From contig JBEKOB010000004.1 in assembly GCA_049522195.1 (NCBI GenBank), positions 20,809 to 84,808 of the forward strand: a stretch of 64,000 nucleotides of DNA, given 5' to 3'. Of the stretch, positions 8,824-17,922 are shown piece by piece. Every line of letters starts with the position of its first letter. Positions within the stretch are counted from its first letter, which is position 1. The position numbers and the translations under genes are program-made. The notes beneath the pieces are model-generated. The model did not search any database. It saw only the letters and a program-made list of their open reading frames with translations, and was not told the DNA's origin. Origin of the DNA: Bacteroidota bacterium. Its GTDB lineage: Bacteria; Bacteroidota; Ignavibacteria; UBA10030.

Positions 8824-9915
8824 ATGAAATCTCTGAAGAGAATTGGTGTTTTGACTGGTGGCGGCGATTGTCCGGGCCTGAATGCAGTTATCCGGGGTAT
8901 CGCCAAGCCCGCGATGTCGTACTTTGGAGCAACGGTGGTCGGCGTTCTGGATGGATTTGAGGGATTGGTTGAGGGAAGAATGCGTGAACTAACACCAAAG
9001 GATGTCTCCGGTATCGTGAACCTGGGGGGAACAATCTTGGGGACCTCAAACAAAGGGGATCCGTTCCATTTCCCCGTCGAGACTCCCCAAGGGATCGATA
9101 TTCTGGACTGCTCGGAGAATGCAATACGGAACTACCGGGACTGGAACCTGGATGCATTGATCGCGATCGGCGGCGACGGGACGATGCATATCGTCGATAA
9201 GTTCACTGATCTCGGCCTGAATCTCATAGGTGTTCCAAAGACGATCGACAACGATCTTTCAGCGACAGACGTGACATTCGGCTACGATTCTGCCGTTACT
9301 GTTGCCACAGAAGCTATCGACCGCCTTCACACGACCGGATCAGCTCATCACAGGGTTATGGTCATTGAGGTTATGGGGCGTTATGCCGGCTGGATTGCTC
9401 TGGGATCAGGGCTGGCAGGTGGGGCCGATGTAATTCTCATTCCGGAGATTCCATTTCAATGGGACAAGATTTGCCAGCATGTCCTTAAACGCGGGAAACA
9501 TGGCAGCAAATTCAGCATCATCTGCGTTGCAGAGGGAGCAAAGCCGGCCGAAGGAGGTCTGATTGTTCGTGAACAGGATTCCAAGCGGACCGATCCGATT
9601 CGTCTTGGGGGCATTGGCGAAGTCGTCGGTGCGAAGATCACTGAGATGACAGGGCTGGAGACGCGCGTGACGGTACTAGGGCACCTGCAACGTGGTGGAA
9701 GCCCGACACCGTACGATCGTATCCTTGCCAGCAAGTACGGCACAAAAGCGCTCGAGCTTGCTTCCGAGAAAAAGTTCGGTCACATGGTAAGCCTCCAGGG
9801 AAATGAAGTTACTTCCGTTCCCGTGAAGGAAGCGATTCTGAAGCTTCGCACCGTTCCGTTGGACTCTCAACTGATCCGGGCTGCAAGAGCTGTGGGCACC
9901 TCCTTTGGTGACTGA
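8824..9915 (+). CDS. pfkA: 6-phosphofructokinase (PfkA family; phosphoryl donor not assignable)
   Basis: 363 aa. Carries GVLTGGGDCPGLNAVIRG, IGGDGT, PKTIDND, MGRYAGW and GHLQRGG. Confidence 0.85.
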   Translation: MKSLKRIGVLTGGGDCPGLNAVIRGIAKPAMSYFGATVVGVLDGFEGLVEGRMRELTPKDVSGIVNLGGTILGTSNKGDPFHFPVETPQGIDILDCSENAIRNYRDWNLDALIAIGGDGTMHIVDKFTDLGLNLIGVPKTIDNDLSATDVTFGYDSAVTVATEAIDRLHTTGSAHHRVMVIEVMGRYAGWIALGSGLAGGADVILIPEIPFQWDKICQHVLKRGKHGSKFSIICVAEGAKPAEGGLIVREQDSKRTDPIRLGGIGEVVGAKITEMTGLETRVTVLGHLQRGGSPTPYDRILASKYGTKALELASEKKFGHMVSLQGNEVTSVPVKEAILKLRTVPLDSQLIRAARAVGTSFGD

Positions 9916-9945
9916 GTCGTCGACATTTCGTATATTCTGAAAGCA

Positions 9946-9970
9946 CACCGCGGCCCAACCGGGCCGCGGT
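9946..9970 (+). terminator. stem-loop downstream of pfk (no U-tract)
   Basis: Perfect 10-bp stem ACCGCGGCCC / GGGCCGCGGT with a 4-nt loop. No T-run follows, so terminator function is uncertain. Confidence 0.45.
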
Positions 9971-10030
9971 CCATTCACTCCTGTACCGCAGTTCCATAAT
10001 CTCCTTGAATCTCACAAAGAACACACCGCT

Positions 10031-11644
10031 ATGAACAATCAATCACTGCTTCGTTTCCTGTGCGTTGTCTCCCTTTTCGTAGCTGCCTCTGCACAGGGGC
10101 AGGAAAGCGTCTTCAACGTCGGCCAATTTGGAGCGACAGGTAATAAATCCGAGAATGCCCAACAGGCCATTCAACGTGCGATCGATTCATGTTCACACTC
10201 GGGGGGCGGCGTCGTTTATCTGCCGCCGGGCGAATACTCTTCCGGGACACTCCATCTGCGAAGCCATGTTAGATTCTACATTGAGGCGGGAGCAACACTG
10301 TACTCGATCAAGACAAAGGAAGCATTCGATAAAGACGCGTTACTCTATGGCGAGGATTTGGAGAATATCACGATTGAAGGACGAGGAACGATCGACGGGC
10401 AGGGGGCCTACGAGTGGAGGCTGAATGACATTCAGGATGACTTCATTCGCCCGAATCAGGAGATGATGGAGGCGATCGGCAAACCGCTGATCCGCTCGTT
10501 CCCGAAAAAAGATCAATTCGGCAAGCTGATCCTCCTTCTGCGTTGCAAAGACGTCCGAATAACGGGAATTTCACTGGTTCGATCCCCGTCATGGACGATC
10601 CATCCATATGGCTGCGAGCGAATGATCATCGACGGCGTGTACATCCGATCGAGTCTTGCGGAAGGCGTTTGGGCAGACGGCATCGATCCTGACGGCTGCA
10701 AGGACCTTCGAATCGCGAATTGTACGATCGAAACAGGAGACGATGCGATTGTATTCTACTCTATGAACTGGTTCGGACCGGCGCTTCCGTGTGAAAACAT
10801 CACGGTTACGAACTGCCGGCTCTCGTCGGCGTCGAGCGCGATCAAGTTCTGTGATGGAAACATGAACTGCGTCCGAAACGTCACGATCGACAATTGTACG
10901 ATTACCAACTCCAATCGCGGTATTGCATTCATGGTATTTGACGGCGGCTATGTCAGCGATGTCGTGTTGTCGAACCTCACAATCGAGTGCCGGCGTCACG
11001 ACTGGTTTTGGTGGGGAGACGGGGATCCCTTCCACTTCAACATCAAACGACGAAGTGAAGTGCACAAGAACGTGAAGTTTGAAAACGAGCCCCCGGCTGG
11101 TTCGATCCGAAATATCCTGATTCAGAATGTCGTTGCGCACGGCAAAGGATCAAGCATCATCAACGGTCACCCCAAGAGCTGGCTGGATGGCGTAACGTTT
11201 GACAATGTGAAGTTGTATCTCTCTTCCGATTCTACCGCACCGTACGACAAGTCCGTGCATGCCCTGAAGTTCCAGATGGCGAAAAACCTGAAACTCCGGA
11301 ATGTCGAAGTCTTCTGGGGTAATCCGGGGTCGAAGCATTGGCGTTCTGCACTCTACATTGAAGATGTCAAGGGGCTCGAAGTGGATAACTTCGGAGGGCG
11401 ACCGCCGGTGACCGGTTCGCTTCTTCCGGCAGTCGAGTTGAACCGGGTTGAAAACGCAGTGATTCGAAATTCTACGGTCCAGGATGGGACATCGGTTTAT
11501 CTGGGCGTTTTCGGCAAGGAATCTGCAAACATTCTTCTGACCAATAATGACCTGAGAAAAGCCTCAACGCCATACTTGATTGGAAAGGAAGTATCACAGA
11601 GTTGCGTGATCGATTTGAACAATCTGTCCGGAGGAAAGAAATGA
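10031..11644 (+). CDS. secreted glycoside hydrolase family 28 / pectate-lyase-fold (polygalacturonase-like) protein
   Basis: 537 aa. Signal peptide (LLRFLCVVSLFVAASAQG), the N-terminal FGATGN...AIQRAID motif, GH28-like blocks ADGIDPD and ETGDDAIVF, and SAIKF with repeated beta-helix coils. Confidence 0.7.
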   Translation: MNNQSLLRFLCVVSLFVAASAQGQESVFNVGQFGATGNKSENAQQAIQRAIDSCSHSGGGVVYLPPGEYSSGTLHLRSHVRFYIEAGATLYSIKTKEAFDKDALLYGEDLENITIEGRGTIDGQGAYEWRLNDIQDDFIRPNQEMMEAIGKPLIRSFPKKDQFGKLILLLRCKDVRITGISLVRSPSWTIHPYGCERMIIDGVYIRSSLAEGVWADGIDPDGCKDLRIANCTIETGDDAIVFYSMNWFGPALPCENITVTNCRLSSASSAIKFCDGNMNCVRNVTIDNCTITNSNRGIAFMVFDGGYVSDVVLSNLTIECRRHDWFWWGDGDPFHFNIKRRSEVHKNVKFENEPPAGSIRNILIQNVVAHGKGSSIINGHPKSWLDGVTFDNVKLYLSSDSTAPYDKSVHALKFQMAKNLKLRNVEVFWGNPGSKHWRSALYIEDVKGLEVDNFGGRPPVTGSLLPAVELNRVENAVIRNSTVQDGTSVYLGVFGKESANILLTNNDLRKASTPYLIGKEVSQSCVIDLNNLSGGKK

Positions 11645-12705
11645 AAGCGCGAAAGGATCAAGAAAGAAGCGGTCTGATGCGCGCGGTTGAGATTACGAGA
11701 TTCGGTCCACCCGAAGTGCTGAAGATCTCTGAGGTGCTTGTCCCACAAATTGGAGAGGGGGATGTTCGTGTGCGTGTGAAGACGATCGGAGTGAATTTCG
11801 CCGACGTGTTCGCCCGGCTCGGTTACTACCCTGCAATTCCGAAGCCGCCGTTCATCCCGGGCCTGGAATTCGCCGGCACGGTTGACGCTGTGGGGAAGTC
11901 CGTGAAGGGACTTCGGAAAGGGGATCGTGTCCTTGGATTCAGCAGGCTAAATGCCTACGCTGAATTCGTCTCAGTCCCTGCAGCATTGCTGACCCGCATG
12001 CCTTCACGTATGTCTTTCAAGGAAGCCGCCGCCCTGGGCGTAACATATCTGACTGCCTACCATGGACTTGTCACTCTCGGACAAATGAAAAAGGGAGAGA
12101 GCCTGTTGCTGCACGCCGCCGCCGGTGGCGTTGGTACAGCTGCCCTGCAGATAGCAAAGCATCTCGGCGTTCGAGTCTACGCTACGGTGGGCTCCCAGTC
12201 GAAAACTCAGACGGCCCGGGAGCAAGGTGCAGCTGTGGTCATCAACTACGCAGACGAGGATTTCGCAGAAATCATACGACGTGAGAGCCACGGCCAGGGG
12301 GTCGACGTCATTCTTGATTCCGTTGGAGGAAAGGTCTTTCGGAAGGGTTGGAGACTCCTCAGACCTATGGGCCGATACGTCCTGTATGGATTTGCAGCTG
12401 CAGCGGGTCCGAAGGGGATCCCCAAATTAAAGGCTCTCATTGAATCTGCTTCTTTTCCCCTGATCTATCCTCCATCCATTGTTCCGAGAAATGTGACTTT
12501 GAGCGGGTTCAACCTGTACTTCCTTTTCGACAAGGTCGCCTATTTACAGCAGACGATGCGGAAGCTTCTGGGTTGGTATGACAAAGGTGTCGTGAGGCCT
12601 GTGATTGGGGCGGTATATCCATTCGAGAAGATCCGGGAAGCACACCAATTTCTCCAATCACGACAAAGCATCGGCAAGGTGGTGGTGACGGTTGGGATCG
12701 GGTGA
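11641..12705 (+). CDS. NADPH:quinone oxidoreductase / zinc-type alcohol dehydrogenase-like protein
   Basis: The ATG at 11641 overlaps the GH28 stop (ATGA) and has GGAGGA 7 nt upstream. MDR family blocks present: GVNFADV, LLHAAAGGVGTAALQ, GKVVV. An alternative start is the Met of MRAVEI, about 36 nt downstream. Confidence 0.75.
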   Translation: MKARKDQERSGLMRAVEITRFGPPEVLKISEVLVPQIGEGDVRVRVKTIGVNFADVFARLGYYPAIPKPPFIPGLEFAGTVDAVGKSVKGLRKGDRVLGFSRLNAYAEFVSVPAALLTRMPSRMSFKEAAALGVTYLTAYHGLVTLGQMKKGESLLLHAAAGGVGTAALQIAKHLGVRVYATVGSQSKTQTAREQGAAVVINYADEDFAEIIRRESHGQGVDVILDSVGGKVFRKGWRLLRPMGRYVLYGFAAAAGPKGIPKLKALIESASFPLIYPPSIVPRNVTLSGFNLYFLFDKVAYLQQTMRKLLGWYDKGVVRPVIGAVYPFEKIREAHQFLQSRQSIGKVVVTVGIG

Positions 12706-12760
12706 TCGGGCCATCGGGTGATCGGGCCATCGGGTGATCGGATCATCGGATGATCGGGTC
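12697..12760. repeat. 8-bp tandem repeat x8 (ATCGGRYS)
   Basis: Units in order: atcgggtg, atcgggcc, atcgggtg, atcgggcc, atcgggtg, atcggatc, atcggatg, atcgggtc. The qor stop TGA (12703-12705) spans the junction between units 1 and 2. Confidence 0.9.
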
Positions 12761-12784
12761 GATTCATTCTGAAATCCAATTAGT

Positions 12785-13399
12785 TTGGCGGAAGAAATGG
12801 GAGAGAAGCGACAGCGGGTTACTATCATCGACTCTAATTTCCTTCTGAAGGCGTATTGCTCCGGCTACTTTCCGATGGCGGATGACAAGACTGGCGAAAT
12901 AGGATGGTATTCCCCCGATCCACGCGCGATTTTCGAGCTGGACGGCTTGCGTGTCCCGCGCAGCCTTTCCCTCACGATGAAAAAGAAACCGTTCGAACTT
13001 CTTGTGAACACGCAGTTCGAGAAGGTCATGCGGGCATGTGCTGCAAGAAAAGAGACTTGGATCTCCGAGGAAATCATACAAAGCTACGTCGAACTGCAGC
13101 GATTAGGATTTGCGCACAGCGTGGAGTGTTGGAAGGATCAGAAGCTGGTCGGTGGATTGTACGGTGTGGCGATTGCCGGGGCATTCTTTGGGGAATCAAT
13201 GTTCAGCGAAATGCGGGACGCTTCCAAAATCGCTCTCGTGTTCCTCGTGGATCGAATGAATACAAGAGGTTTCGAATTGCTTGATACGCAGTTCGTGACG
13301 CCTCATCTTGCTCGTTTCGGTGCGAAGGAAATCGCGCGGGAGGATTATCTCCGGCGACTGAAAAAGGCCTTGAGAAAAGAATGTTCATTTTATCCGTGA
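12785..13399 (+). CDS. aat: leucyl/phenylalanyl-tRNA--protein transferase
   Basis: Carries GYFPM, WYSPDPRAIF, AHSVECW and LVGGLYGV...GESMFS, all Aat hallmarks. The start is either TTG 12785 or ATG 12797. Confidence 0.85.
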   Translation: MAEEMGEKRQRVTIIDSNFLLKAYCSGYFPMADDKTGEIGWYSPDPRAIFELDGLRVPRSLSLTMKKKPFELLVNTQFEKVMRACAARKETWISEEIIQSYVELQRLGFAHSVECWKDQKLVGGLYGVAIAGAFFGESMFSEMRDASKIALVFLVDRMNTRGFELLDTQFVTPHLARFGAKEIAREDYLRRLKKALRKECSFYP

Positions 13400-13505
13400 T
13401 GGCTTCGGTCGGAGCGCAGTGCAGGGACTGCACACGCGGGGTGAGGTACGGTATTGACCTGCAACCGGGATCCCGGCTACGATGCGACACCCAAGGAGTT
13501 TGACT

Positions 13506-14414
13506 ATGTTATCACGAAACGTTATGGGGTGGTTAGCGGTTGTTCTTACTGTTTCCTTTGCGTCCTTCTGGGGATTTTGGGGAAGCATTGAGAATTTCCA
13601 TGAAGGGTGGTTCTATGAGTCGTTTTGGATGAATCTTACCCTCGCATTCTTTCAGTACTGGATCTGGTCGATTACATTTCTGGCTTTGGGGGCCCTCTCC
13701 CTCCGGTGGCCGAAGGTAGGAGCAGCCATTTTTGTTCTGGCGGCGATTCTGGTCCCTTTACTTGGGATCAGAACCTCAGCCGCTATTGTTATATTTGCCG
13801 TCCCGCTCGCGATGATGGGCGTGCTTTGGTGGTTCGGACAGCCAAGTCCAAAGAAATGGGCATATCGAACCGTCATTGGAATTCCCTTGTTGGTGCTCGT
13901 GGGATTCAGCGTCGAACCTGTGATTCGTGTCGCCGGAAGATATGACGACGGGAACTATGGGGCTCGAATCATAGAAGGGAACGGGGTAAAACTTCTCTGG
14001 GCCCCGGAAGGCCCGGGCTGGCCTTCGGGTGGTCCTGGAGCAAGAATGCCCTCATGGTCTGAAGCGAAAAATCTTTGCAGTCGGCTTAACGCAGATGGGA
14101 CAGCCCTTGTTGACACTCCGCAGAATATCTGGCGACTCCCTACGATAGAGGAGGCGGTACGTTCTGAGGTTCGTCATGGGGCAAACGCCGGTGGCGTCTG
14201 GGATCCAGCCAAACATGAAGCTCGTTACGATCGGATGCCCGACAAGGAGTCGCCACTCTGGAAACTGCATTCGCCGGTGATTTATTGGTGGACGGCAACG
14301 GAGGTCAATGACTCGGTCGCGTACCGTATAGTGTACAATGGATACACTAATCCATTGCCGAAGAAACTCCGGGCAGGATATCTTGGCTTTCGGGCAGTGA
14401 AAGCGGTCCCGTGA
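13506..14414 (+). CDS. membrane protein with C-terminal DUF1566 (Lcl-like) domain
   Basis: The ATG at 13506 follows AAGGAG. About 5 N-terminal TM helices. The C-terminal WRLPTIEEA ... YWWTATE ... GFRAVKAV pattern is typical of DUF1566. Confidence 0.6.
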   Translation: MLSRNVMGWLAVVLTVSFASFWGFWGSIENFHEGWFYESFWMNLTLAFFQYWIWSITFLALGALSLRWPKVGAAIFVLAAILVPLLGIRTSAAIVIFAVPLAMMGVLWWFGQPSPKKWAYRTVIGIPLLVLVGFSVEPVIRVAGRYDDGNYGARIIEGNGVKLLWAPEGPGWPSGGPGARMPSWSEAKNLCSRLNADGTALVDTPQNIWRLPTIEEAVRSEVRHGANAGGVWDPAKHEARYDRMPDKESPLWKLHSPVIYWWTATEVNDSVAYRIVYNGYTNPLPKKLRAGYLGFRAVKAVP

Positions 14415-14434
14415 ACGTGTGTGGCGAATCTGGA

Positions 14435-14950
14435 ATGGATGGGATAGTCCAGGGAAAACGAACGGTGAAGCGAGAGTGCATATTGATGTTTGTATGGCTG
14501 ATCTCCCTGCTCCCGGCTTGTCGGGATCTGGGTCCTGCCTCGCTGGAAGACGCGGAAGCGATTACAGATGATCACAGCGGGATATCGGATCCGCGAGCAC
14601 GGTGGCAGGCGTATCAGCTGAGAAGCTACGTATTTGAGCAGCAACGATCGTGTTTCTGCGTAACTGGAGGGGCGACTTGTCTGGTGTATGTGTCAAACGA
14701 CAAGGTCACTGATGTTGTCAGGAAATCCGATGGCCAATCACTCTTCATTGAGTTTGGCTCCCTCTACAAAACGGCGAACCAACTGCTCGATCTGGCTGAT
14801 TCACTCAAGCAGGTGTCGGTCGCAAGACTCGTTATTGAATATGACGAGAAGTTTGGATTTCCTAAGTACATTTACGTTGACCCAAGTCTTCAGATAGCCG
14901 ACGAGGAGTACGCCTTCCTCACTTCGTCGGTCAGAAGATTGCTGAAGTAA
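14435..14950 (+). CDS. putative lipoprotein, DUF6174-like
   Basis: Signal peptide with lipobox LLPAC. A conserved Y-x-F...CFC...V-x-V pattern and a [14 protein letters not shown]...ADEE C-terminus. Start is ambiguous (14411, 14435 or 14486). The ORF overlaps the upstream stop. Confidence 0.5.
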   Translation: MDGIVQGKRTVKRECILMFVWLISLLPACRDLGPASLEDAEAITDDHSGISDPRARWQAYQLRSYVFEQQRSCFCVTGGATCLVYVSNDKVTDVVRKSDGQSLFIEFGSLYKTANQLLDLADSLKQVSVARLVIEYDEKFGFPKYIYVDPSLQIADEEYAFLTSSVRRLLK

Positions 14951-15009
14951 GTCCATACATATCAGAGAACATTCCAGTACATTCTCAACCACCAACAAAA
15001 GGGCTCACA

Positions 15010-15921
15010 ATGTCGTCATCATTCAAAGTGCCTGTCGTGACACAGACAAACTTTGCCGGATTGAAGCTTGTCAACCGGGGAAAAGTGAGGGATATTTATG
15101 ATTTCGGGGATGCTCTGCTGATTGTGGCGAGCGATCGTCTCTCGGCTTACGATGTCATCATGGGAGAAGGAATTCCGTTTAAGGGGAAGGTGCTCACCCA
15201 AATATCCGACTATTGGTTCGAGCAGATGCAGGACGTCATTCCGAACCACCTGATCTCGACGATAGTCTATGACTTTCCTTCGGAGTGCAAGCCCTACTGG
15301 GGGGACCTGGAACAGCGATCGATGTACGCGAAAAAAACAAAACCGCTTGATATCGAATGCGTCGTTCGGGGATATATCTCCGGCTCGGGGTGGAAAGAAT
15401 ACAAAGAAAGCCAGAGCATTTGTGGCATCAAGTTGCCTGCGGGGCTCGTCGAGTCGGATAAGCTGCCCGAGCCCATCTTCACGCCTGCCACCAAGGAAGA
15501 TGTGGGGAAACACGATGAGAACATAGACTTCGCCAGGGCGGTGAGCATCGTTGGGAAGGGAATTGCCGAACGCGTCAGAGATGTCTCGATTGAGATTTAT
15601 TCCCGTGCCTCCGCGATCGCAGAGAAGAAAGGGATCATCATTGCGGATACCAAGATGGAGTTTGGTATTGATGACAAGGGTAAGCTGATTCTCATTGACG
15701 AACTGCTGACGCCGGATTCGTCACGATTCTGGCCGAAGGACAAGTACAAGCCCGGCAAGGGCCAGGAAAGCTATGATAAGCAGTATGTCCGCGACTATCT
15801 CGACTCCATCAATTTCAATCGTAAACCACCTGCACCGCGACTTCCGGAAGATGTTATATTCAAGACATCGGCGCTTTATCTCGAAGCGCTTAAGCGATTG
15901 AGCGGGAAGACGCTGATCTAA
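15010..15921 (+). CDS. purC: phosphoribosylaminoimidazole-succinocarboxamide synthase
   Basis: 303 aa. Carries [25 protein letters not shown] and the DSSRFWP SAICAR synthetase motif. Confidence 0.9.
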   Translation: MSSSFKVPVVTQTNFAGLKLVNRGKVRDIYDFGDALLIVASDRLSAYDVIMGEGIPFKGKVLTQISDYWFEQMQDVIPNHLISTIVYDFPSECKPYWGDLEQRSMYAKKTKPLDIECVVRGYISGSGWKEYKESQSICGIKLPAGLVESDKLPEPIFTPATKEDVGKHDENIDFARAVSIVGKGIAERVRDVSIEIYSRASAIAEKKGIIIADTKMEFGIDDKGKLILIDELLTPDSSRFWPKDKYKPGKGQESYDKQYVRDYLDSINFNRKPPAPRLPEDVIFKTSALYLEALKRLSGKTLI

Positions 15922-15925
15922 CAAG

Positions 15926-16381
15926 ATGGGTCAGCACAATAGTTCCAGTTCTTCCAACGAAATGGATAGTGGTTTCAGAATACTCGAGCACCCGTCAGAT
16001 ATAGGACTTGAAGTGTGGGGTCCCGATCTCGCTGAGGTGTTCAGACAGGCAGCGCTTGGGCTCACTTCGATTCTTGTTGATCCTGCGTCCGTCCGTGTTC
16101 GTGAGCGGCGCACGCTGGGTCTCAAGGGGAGTGACAACGAAAACCTCCTGGTCCGCTGGCTCTCGGAAATCCTCTATCTTTACGATGGAGCGGACTTTCT
16201 CGTGAGTGACGTCGAAATCCGGAGATTGCAGGACTCTTCGCTGGCAGCCATCTTGAAGGGTGAAAAGGTGGACACCGGACATCATCAATTCAGGATGGAT
16301 GTAAAAGCGGTGACGTATCATCAATTGAATATCGCGTTAGATGAAAACGTCTGGACCGCGAGGGTGTTTTTGGACATTTAG
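15926..16381 (+). CDS. archease
   Basis: 151 aa. The pattern EHPSDIGLEVWG...VKAVTYHQL...VFLDI is typical of archease. Sits immediately upstream of rtcB. Confidence 0.8.
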   Translation: MGQHNSSSSSNEMDSGFRILEHPSDIGLEVWGPDLAEVFRQAALGLTSILVDPASVRVRERRTLGLKGSDNENLLVRWLSEILYLYDGADFLVSDVEIRRLQDSSLAAILKGEKVDTGHHQFRMDVKAVTYHQLNIALDENVWTARVFLDI

Positions 16382-16382
16382 G

Positions 16383-17810
16383 ATGCTTCAGAAACTTGAC
16401 GAATATCGCTACCTGATACCGAAGAGCTTTCGGGAGGGGATGAACATCGAGGGGCTCATTTACGCGAGTCCCACCCTGATCAAGGCGATTGAGAATGATT
16501 TGACCCTGATGCAGGTGGCAAATGTAGCAACGCTGCCTGGCTTGGTCGGGCGATCGCTCGCGATGCCGGATGCTCATCAGGGCTACGGGTTTGCCATCGG
16601 TGGCGTTGCAGCCGCTGATCTCCAGAAGGGAGTTGTCTCTGCCGGAGGAGTGGGCTTTGATATCAACTGTGGCGTGCGCCTCCTTCGCTCGGACTTTCGA
16701 CTCGATGCGGTAAGGCCCCAGATCGATGCATTGCTCAACCAGATGTTCCGGGACATACCGTGTGGGACGGGGAAAAAGGGAATTGTAAGCGGATTGAGCG
16801 ATGTCGAACTCGACCGCGTGTTGGAACTGGGAGCCCGGTGGGCTGTTGAAAAAGGGTACGGGATATTCGAAGACCTGGCGCATATCGAGGAGGGGGGTAC
16901 GATCCCGCATGCCAATCCAGCCAAGGTGAGCCGGAGGGCGAAAGAGCGCGGTAGGGACCAACTCGGAACGCTTGGATCAGGAAATCACTTTGTTGAAGTG
17001 CAGTACGTATCGGAAATTTTCGACGAGGAAGCAGCGCAATCATTTGGGTTATACGGTGGTCAGATTGTCGTGCTGATTCATACCGGTTCACGCGGCCTCG
17101 GTCACCAGGTTTGCACCGACTATCTCGAGATCATGCAGGAAGCGATGCGGAAATACAAAATCACGATCGTAGATCGTCAGCTTGCCTGCGTTCCGATCCA
17201 ATCCCCCGAGGGGCAAAGTTACCTCCAGGCGATGGCTTCTGCTGCCAACTTCGCGTTCGCAAACAGGCAGATGATCACGCACTGGGTACGACAGGCCTTT
17301 GAGCAGGTTCTTGGCTCGGATGATCTGAAAATCGTCTACGACGTTTGTCACAACATTGCGAAGGAAGAATTGCATCGCGTAGACGGTTCCTCCCGCAAGG
17401 TGCTTGTCCATCGAAAGGGAGCGACCCGGGCATTCCCGAAGCACCGCCCCGAGATTCCACCCGACTACAACGAAGTCGGTCAACCCGTTCTAATCCCCGG
17501 GAGCATGGGAACCTGCTCTTACGTTTTGGTGGGCACAGAAAAGGCGATGGAGGAAACATTTGGATCGTCGTGCCACGGAGCGGGGAGAGCGATGAGCAGG
17601 CACGCGGCAAAGAAAGACATCACTGCAGATGAATTGCTGCGTGATCTGAAAGAGAAAGGCATCCATGTCCGCGGCGCGTCCAAAAGCGGCCTCACAGAGG
17701 AAAAGCCGGACGCATATAAGGATGTCAGTGCAGTCGTTGAGGTCGTGCATAACGCGGGGATTGCCCGCAAGGTTGCGAAGATGGTACCGATAGGTGTTAT
17801 CAAAGGGTGA
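16383..17810 (+). CDS. rtcB: RNA-splicing ligase RtcB
   Basis: The ATG lies 1 nt after the archease stop. Carries MPDAHQGYGF, DINCGVR, GSGNHF, HTGSRGLG and SSCHGAGR. Confidence 0.9.
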   Translation: MLQKLDEYRYLIPKSFREGMNIEGLIYASPTLIKAIENDLTLMQVANVATLPGLVGRSLAMPDAHQGYGFAIGGVAAADLQKGVVSAGGVGFDINCGVRLLRSDFRLDAVRPQIDALLNQMFRDIPCGTGKKGIVSGLSDVELDRVLELGARWAVEKGYGIFEDLAHIEEGGTIPHANPAKVSRRAKERGRDQLGTLGSGNHFVEVQYVSEIFDEEAAQSFGLYGGQIVVLIHTGSRGLGHQVCTDYLEIMQEAMRKYKITIVDRQLACVPIQSPEGQSYLQAMASAANFAFANRQMITHWVRQAFEQVLGSDDLKIVYDVCHNIAKEELHRVDGSSRKVLVHRKGATRAFPKHRPEIPPDYNEVGQPVLIPGSMGTCSYVLVGTEKAMEETFGSSCHGAGRAMSRHAAKKDITADELLRDLKEKGIHVRGASKSGLTEEKPDAYKDVSAVVEVVHNAGIARKVAKMVPIGVIKG

Positions 17811-17922
17811 TTATCTCGCACTCCTCCGGTGCAGAGGAACCAATGCTCCGTTTCTGCCGTTTTGAATCATAGTCTATCATTTGCTTCCAAATATCACTAC
17901 ATCGAACCAGTACGGAGTATGA

